A stretch of 63,968 nt of DNA, the filler included, from an uncultured bacterium (lineage in GTDB: Bacteria > CAZSTA01), in the NCBI GenBank assembly GCA_964609495.1. It is 3 parts of 3 records of this genome, joined end to end, with 100 filler letters (N's around TTAATTAATTAA, not from the genome) between each part and the next. Parts side by side here need not be neighbours in the genome. Positions count along the whole stretch, not along the records: positions 49,131 to 63,968 come from CAZSTA010000083.1; 2 more parts are not named here. One strand, given 5' to 3'. The notes beneath the pieces are model-generated. The model worked only from the letters and a program-made list of their open reading frames with translations, searched no databases and was not told the DNA's origin. The position numbers and the translations under genes are program-made. Positions 59,831-63,968 of this stretch are shown here, piece by piece; within the stretch, counting starts at the first letter, position 1, and the number at the start of each line of letters is the position of its first letter.

Positions 59831-61273
59831 TTAAAACATCTGTATCTTACCTTCATCACTCAAAGCTACCTCCAGAGCTTTCTCCACCGCATCCAGGGTA
59901 TCATCGTGACGACCAGTAGGGAATTCAAGCCATTCCTTTACAAATTCATCTAATCCCTTTCTAATGCGTATCCTTCCGGATTCGAAGTGCACCGCCATCG
60001 CGGCGAAGCGAGTTTTTTTATCTTTAATTGTTCTGCCAGCGCGCACTGGAAGCGTTGTTGTCGCTAAAAGTTGCTGGTGTAGTGCCGCCTGATAAGCATT
60101 GCTCTCCAAATTTATAATAAGAGGCTTCCAACGAGAGGATTGCTCGGAGACAGCTCTTAGTTGCTCGGGGAAGGAGAGGCGAGCGCGATAGATGTCGAGA
60201 AGCCACAGATGATTATCTGCATCCCTCCCCACTGTAGCTATCGCTGTCCAGTCCGCCTCCTCTCCCTCAGATAAAGCTAGATCCACGCCTTGGTAGATAT
60301 TTAACTCGGCCAGGGGCGGTCGTTCCTCATCATTGTAATATTTTAGCCATTTGGCCAGTAGGAATGCACCGCTATCCCTGGCCGGGACATTTTGTTTTTC
60401 CCGATCGAAGAGGAGTGAACCAGTCGCTAAGCGATCTAAGAGTAAGGTCTTAATATCCCACTTCTCTGGCCACAGCACTTCATAAGAACCGTCAACTACA
60501 ACATCAACTACCTGCCCGGCTTCATCTTCTATATATTCATACTTATCCGGCCATTTCACTATGGCTCGGTCTATATCGCATACCCAAAGGGGGTTTTCCA
60601 TAAGCCGACTGTAGAGATCGTCGTAGTGCTTGCGAGTTCCCACTACAATCACTTGGGTAGCAGGCTCGGCAAGCTGCATAATAGTGCCGTGAAACCAATC
60701 GTAGGTATCCTGTCTGCGTTTAGCCGTCTTGGTATTCTCATCATCCACGATATCGTCAGCTACGATTAGATCGAAGTGTCCACCGGTTATCGCCCCTAAG
60801 GCTCCTACTACTTCTACGGTGGGATCTTTCGATTGACGAGAGCGACGACAGTAGATAGCGGTTTGACTCCAAGGGAGGTCGGGCGAGATGAGATCACCGA
60901 AGTCCTCGCGAATCCGTTCGTTAGTTTCAAGTTCCCGCTTAATGACCGATAGGCATTTCTTCGCCTGCGTGCTGGTCTTACTGAGGATGAGAATGCGCAC
61001 CTCGGGGTCTCTTAGGATGCAATAGAGCGGGTAGGTGATAGTGAAGACCTCGGTCTTCCCATGATCACGGGGAGCTAATTTCAAGAGGCGATTAGCCAAT
61101 GGATCGGAGAAGTCGTTGATCTCATCTAGGATTCTGTACCAACGTCTCTGATGAGCGGGGATTTTTTGATTTCGATAGTAATGGGCAAAGAAGGCAATAT
61201 TCGCTTCAGCTATCGGACGAGACCAGCTCGTCCCCAATGGCTCGCAGAAGTCGGGTTGGTACTGATAGTTCAT
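59831..61273 (-). CDS. terL: Terminase large subunit
   Basis: Walker A PRDHGKT; Walker B IVADD; VGTR coupling motif; nuclease GVDLA and HDDTLDA. Confidence 0.93.
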   Translation of the reverse strand: MNYQYQPDFCEPLGTSWSRPIAEANIAFFAHYYRNQKIPAHQRRWYRILDEINDFSDPLANRLLKLAPRDHGKTEVFTITYPLYCILRDPEVRILILSKTSTQAKKCLSVIKRELETNERIREDFGDLISPDLPWSQTAIYCRRSRQSKDPTVEVVGALGAITGGHFDLIVADDIVDDENTKTAKRRQDTYDWFHGTIMQLAEPATQVIVVGTRKHYDDLYSRLMENPLWVCDIDRAIVKWPDKYEYIEDEAGQVVDVVVDGSYEVLWPEKWDIKTLLLDRLATGSLLFDREKQNVPARDSGAFLLAKWLKYYNDEERPPLAELNIYQGVDLALSEGEEADWTAIATVGRDADNHLWLLDIYRARLSFPEQLRAVSEQSSRWKPLIINLESNAYQAALHQQLLATTTLPVRAGRTIKDKKTRFAAMAVHFESGRIRIRKGLDEFVKEWLEFPTGRHDDTLDAVEKALEVALSDEGKIQMF

Positions 61274-61703
61274 TGGTGACCTCCCTGAAGGAATCTTTCG
61301 ATGGAGGGAAGGATTTAGTCTTAGCGTTATGTTTGAAGTAGCGGATGATCATCTCAGCCCCATGACGGATCTCGCGTTGTAATTCTACTTGCTGTTTAAT
61401 CGTCAGGGGATGATCTTCGTCCTCCTCTTCGTGGAGTCTTTCCACGAACTTATCGAGCCCTCTCTTTACGTGGAGGAGAACTTCGGTTGGCAGGCAGGAT
61501 AGATCGGACTTTGTCTCATCCGATATACGGCTGAGAGCGACGCTGATGAGATGTTCTAGTAGGGTTTCTATAGATACTTGAGTGCCTCGCTCTCGAAGTT
61601 TTTGGACAATTTGGAAGGGGGATAGACCTCGCTCGAAAAAATCTAGCTCGATCTCCTCTCTATCGGAACTTTCACAGATTACACAGTGGTGGATCATAAT
61701 CAT
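61206..61703 (-). CDS. Putative terminase small subunit (CxxC/HTH N-terminus)
   Basis: Directly upstream of and overlapping terL; CVIC..EIE..GLS..IV..H. Confidence 0.6.
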   Translation of the reverse strand: MIMIHHCVICESSDREEIELDFFERGLSPFQIVQKLRERGTQVSIETLLEHLISVALSRISDETKSDLSCLPTEVLLHVKRGLDKFVERLHEEEDEDHPLTIKQQVELQREIRHGAEMIIRYFKHNAKTKSFPPSKDSFREVTNELSVPTRLLRAIGDELVSSDS

Positions 61704-61777
61704 CCCGATAGAAAATAATTGGTGAGAAACAAAGGTGGGTAACTACCTACAAAAATCGAATTTTATTTCCTACCTAT

Positions 61778-61806
61778 ATTTTACCCACTTTTAGACTCAG
61801 AGTCAA
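61778..61806 (-). promoter_or_regulatory. sigma70-like promoter of the head operon (copy 1)
   Basis: TTGACT-17-TAAAAT. Confidence 0.7.
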
Positions 61807-62039
61807 GGAAAGAAAATCTCCTTTGCCCTGATTTTTCTGTTGACATAGCTCGATAGAAATGCTTTGGACAATTTGGAAGGGGGATAGACCTCGCTCGAAA
61901 AAATCTAGCTCGATCTCCTCTCTATCAGGACTCTTACAGATTACGCAGTGGTGGATCATAGTCATCCCGATAGGAAATAATTGGTGTGAATAAAGGTGGG
62001 TAACTACCTACGAAAATTAAAATTTTATCTTCTGTCTAT

Positions 62040-62068
62040 ATTTTACCCACTTTTAGGCTCGGAGTCAA
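62040..62068 (-). promoter_or_regulatory. sigma70-like promoter of the head operon (copy 2)
   Basis: TTGACT-17-TAAAAT. Confidence 0.65.
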
Positions 62069-62101
62069 GGAAAGAAAATCTCCTTTGCCCTGATTTTTCT
62101 G

Positions 62102-62130
62102 TTGACATACCACGATAGAAATGCTATAAT
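62102..62130 (+). promoter_or_regulatory. Consensus sigma70 promoter upstream of the candidate ncRNA
   Basis: TTGACA-17-TATAAT. Confidence 0.85.
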
Positions 62131-62152
62131 TGGAAAAATATAAGACCACTCT

Positions 62153-62320
62153 CGGTGAGCTTGGTCGATGAAACCTCATCCATCCTGACGATTTACTATG
62201 TAGCATCTATCTTCTTTTTACTTCGAGTAAAAGTGCTGTTTGAGATAACGTCAGGACCTTCCGGGAATCGTAGGACACTGGGTTTGGTCCCACCTCCAGT
62301 GATATCGACTAAGCTCACCG
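62153..62320 (+). ncRNA. Candidate structured ncRNA (6S-like size, family unassigned)
   Basis: 17-bp closing stem with one G-U; inner TCCTGACG/CGTCAGGA, AGCA/TGCT, TTTTACT/AGTAAAA and CACTGG/CCAGTG stems. Confidence 0.6.
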
Positions 62321-62397
62321 TAATCTAAAACTGTCCATAGCAATAGCGAACTATATTCACAATTAAGAATCCGTTGACAGTAAGTAGGAGGAATAAG

Positions 62398-63243
62398 GTG
62401 AACAAAAGAAGAAACATAATAAATCTTCCTAATGCGACTATAACCGCCATATCATGGGTGATATTAATTGCCGGGGCGATAATGATGATAGGTCCATTTA
62501 TGTGGATGGCTCTCGCTTCTTTTAAACCGAATAAGGAGATAATGAAAATACCACCCACCTTTTGGCCCCAAAAATCTAGCTTCAAAAACTACACGACAGT
62601 CCTTACCACTATCCCCTTTACTCGCTATTACCTGAACAGCATAATAGTAGCAATAGTAGTAACTTTCGGGGCGATATTTACCAGCTCTCTAGCTGGATAT
62701 ATCTTCAGCCGATATGAGTTCAAGGGGCGAGATATAATTTTTATGCTGATCCTATCAACGATGATGATCCCCTTTCAGGTGATTATGATTCCCCTTTATA
62801 AAATAGCGATAGACTTGAAGCTAACTAATACTTATCCGGGCTTGATGTTGTGGGGGCCAATAACCACCTTTGGTATATTTATGATGAAGCAATTTATGCA
62901 CTCTATACCAAGAGACCTGATGGATGCGGGAAAGATCGATGGCTGTTCTAACTTCGGGATATATTGGCGGATCGTGCTACCTTTGATCAAGCCAGCTCTG
63001 GCTACTCTAGGAGTCTTCGTCTTTATGAGTAATTGGGATTCCTTTCTATGGCCTCTTATCATAACTACGGAGATGAAGATGAGGACTCTGCCCCTTGGTT
63101 TAGCTATGTTTATCTCCCAACGTTCCATCCGTTATGACCTGATTATGGCCGCCGCTACGATGGCGGTTATCCCGGTTATCATCGTTTTTCTTTTTGGACA
63201 GAGATTTTTCGTCAAAGGGATAACTTTAACAGGATTGAAGTGA
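62398..63243 (+). CDS. Carbohydrate ABC permease (MalG-type)
   Basis: DAGKIDG; WDSFLWPL; AGGAGG RBS before GTG. Confidence 0.92.
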   Translation: MNKRRNIINLPNATITAISWVILIAGAIMMIGPFMWMALASFKPNKEIMKIPPTFWPQKSSFKNYTTVLTTIPFTRYYLNSIIVAIVVTFGAIFTSSLAGYIFSRYEFKGRDIIFMLILSTMMIPFQVIMIPLYKIAIDLKLTNTYPGLMLWGPITTFGIFMMKQFMHSIPRDLMDAGKIDGCSNFGIYWRIVLPLIKPALATLGVFVFMSNWDSFLWPLIITTEMKMRTLPLGLAMFISQRSIRYDLIMAAATMAVIPVIIVFLFGQRFFVKGITLTGLK

Positions 63244-63339
63244 GAAAGGAGGGGATATAGAGGGGAAAAATTAAATGACTTATTTAACAACCTTGCCGTA
63301 GATGTAAAAACTAACCAATTTTGAAAGGGAGGATAAGAA

Positions 63340-63968
63340 ATGAGAAAAGCGAGTTTATTTATAGCTCTGTTGGTGTTCATTTTGCTGTTTACGGGAGTTT
63401 CAGAGGCTAAAGAGAATATATCACTTTGGATCCACAGTAATATCTCCTGGGTGGAAGCCTGGAACAAGATAGCGGATGATTTCCACGCTGGTAATCCCGA
63501 TATCAAGGTGAACATCGAGGTCTTTCCCGACTTCGGTGATAAGATTATGTCGTCCTACGCGGCTGGAACTGAGGGCGATGTAATCGATATGCTTGGCTCT
63601 ATGCTCTTAAGATACGCTACGGAGGGTTTATTAGAAGAAGTTCCCTCTGATTATATGACTGCCGAGGAGATGGAAGAGACCTTCTGGCCGGTGGTCTTGG
63701 CTAGCTATCAGCATGAGGGCAAGTACTATGGTGTTCCCTTCGACTTCAACGTAGCTGGAACTGGAGTGGTTATGAATTTAGAGCTTCTGGAAGAGGCTGG
63801 AATGACTGTTCCTCAGGAATGGATTGATAGTCGCCAGGCTGGGAAGACTTGGGGAGAGTTAGTAGAGTTCTCCAAAAAGCTTAGCGAATTCGACAGTGAA
63901 GGTAATATGACTCAGGCTGGATTAGCTTGGGTGAATTGCCATGAGCACTCCGATTACTTCGCTATAAT
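63340..63968 (+). CDS. Sugar ABC substrate-binding protein (runs off the window end)
   Basis: MRKASLFIALL signal peptide; FHAGNPDIKVNIE; GKYYGVP. Confidence 0.88.
   Translation, partial: MRKASLFIALLVFILLFTGVSEAKENISLWIHSNISWVEAWNKIADDFHAGNPDIKVNIEVFPDFGDKIMSSYAAGTEGDVIDMLGSMLLRYATEGLLEEVPSDYMTAEEMEETFWPVVLASYQHEGKYYGVPFDFNVAGTGVVMNLELLEEAGMTVPQEWIDSRQAGKTWGELVEFSKKLSEFDSEGNMTQAGLAWVNCHEHSDYFAI

Larger units (their letters stand above)
61601..62124. repeat. 262-bp tandem duplication (61601-61862 / 61863-62124), roughly 90% identical by eye
   Basis: Duplicates the terS 5' end and promoter; explains the 61774-61965 ORF. Confidence 0.92.

Noticed and set aside
61601-62124. Diverged repeat pair as a DGR template/variable repeat
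   Set aside because: Mostly non-coding tandem copy of a promoter and gene 5' end; no reverse transcriptase or Avd gene in the window
62170-62191. GAAA and CTGACGA as a hammerhead ribozyme core
   Set aside because: Only 11 nt separate the motifs, too few for the two required stems, and CTGACG is paired in a longer helix
62153-62320. Retron msr-msd or SRP RNA
   Set aside because: No reverse transcriptase in the window; lacks the SRP GNRA loop and AGCAG motif

Overview
Bacterial sequence, apparently a draft assembly, made of three unlinked pieces joined by artificial N44-TTAATTAATTAA-N44 linkers (24997-25096, 49031-49130), with two further N gaps. Most of it is housekeeping or catabolic: T-box-controlled tyrS, paaK, sugar and branched-chain amino-acid ABC parts, rnhA, two tRNAs, rex plus an NAD-linked selenocysteine formate dehydrogenase operon, proB, larA-like, galE-like and galT. 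Five things stand out. (1) An intact HK97-type head and packaging module (terS-like, terL, portal, protease-capsid fusion, connector) sits among host genes with no integrase, replication or lysis genes in view. It has a duplicated sigma70-type promoter, and an isolated tail-like gene lies 4 kb away, so it is a candidate domesticated, GTA-like system. (2) A structured RNA of about 170-185 nt with its own promoter lies divergent from that module. (3) An operon with a perfect LexA (Cheo) box encodes a Walker-A-dead DnaC/IstB homologue, a Zn-ribbon protein, an FtsK motor and a 2-TM protein. (4) MITE/REP-like repeats recur through the window, including two nested 51-bp palindromes inserted in frame in a membrane gene. 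(5) fdhA has an in-frame UGA followed by a SECIS hairpin. All family calls come from motif recognition by eye; no database search was run.
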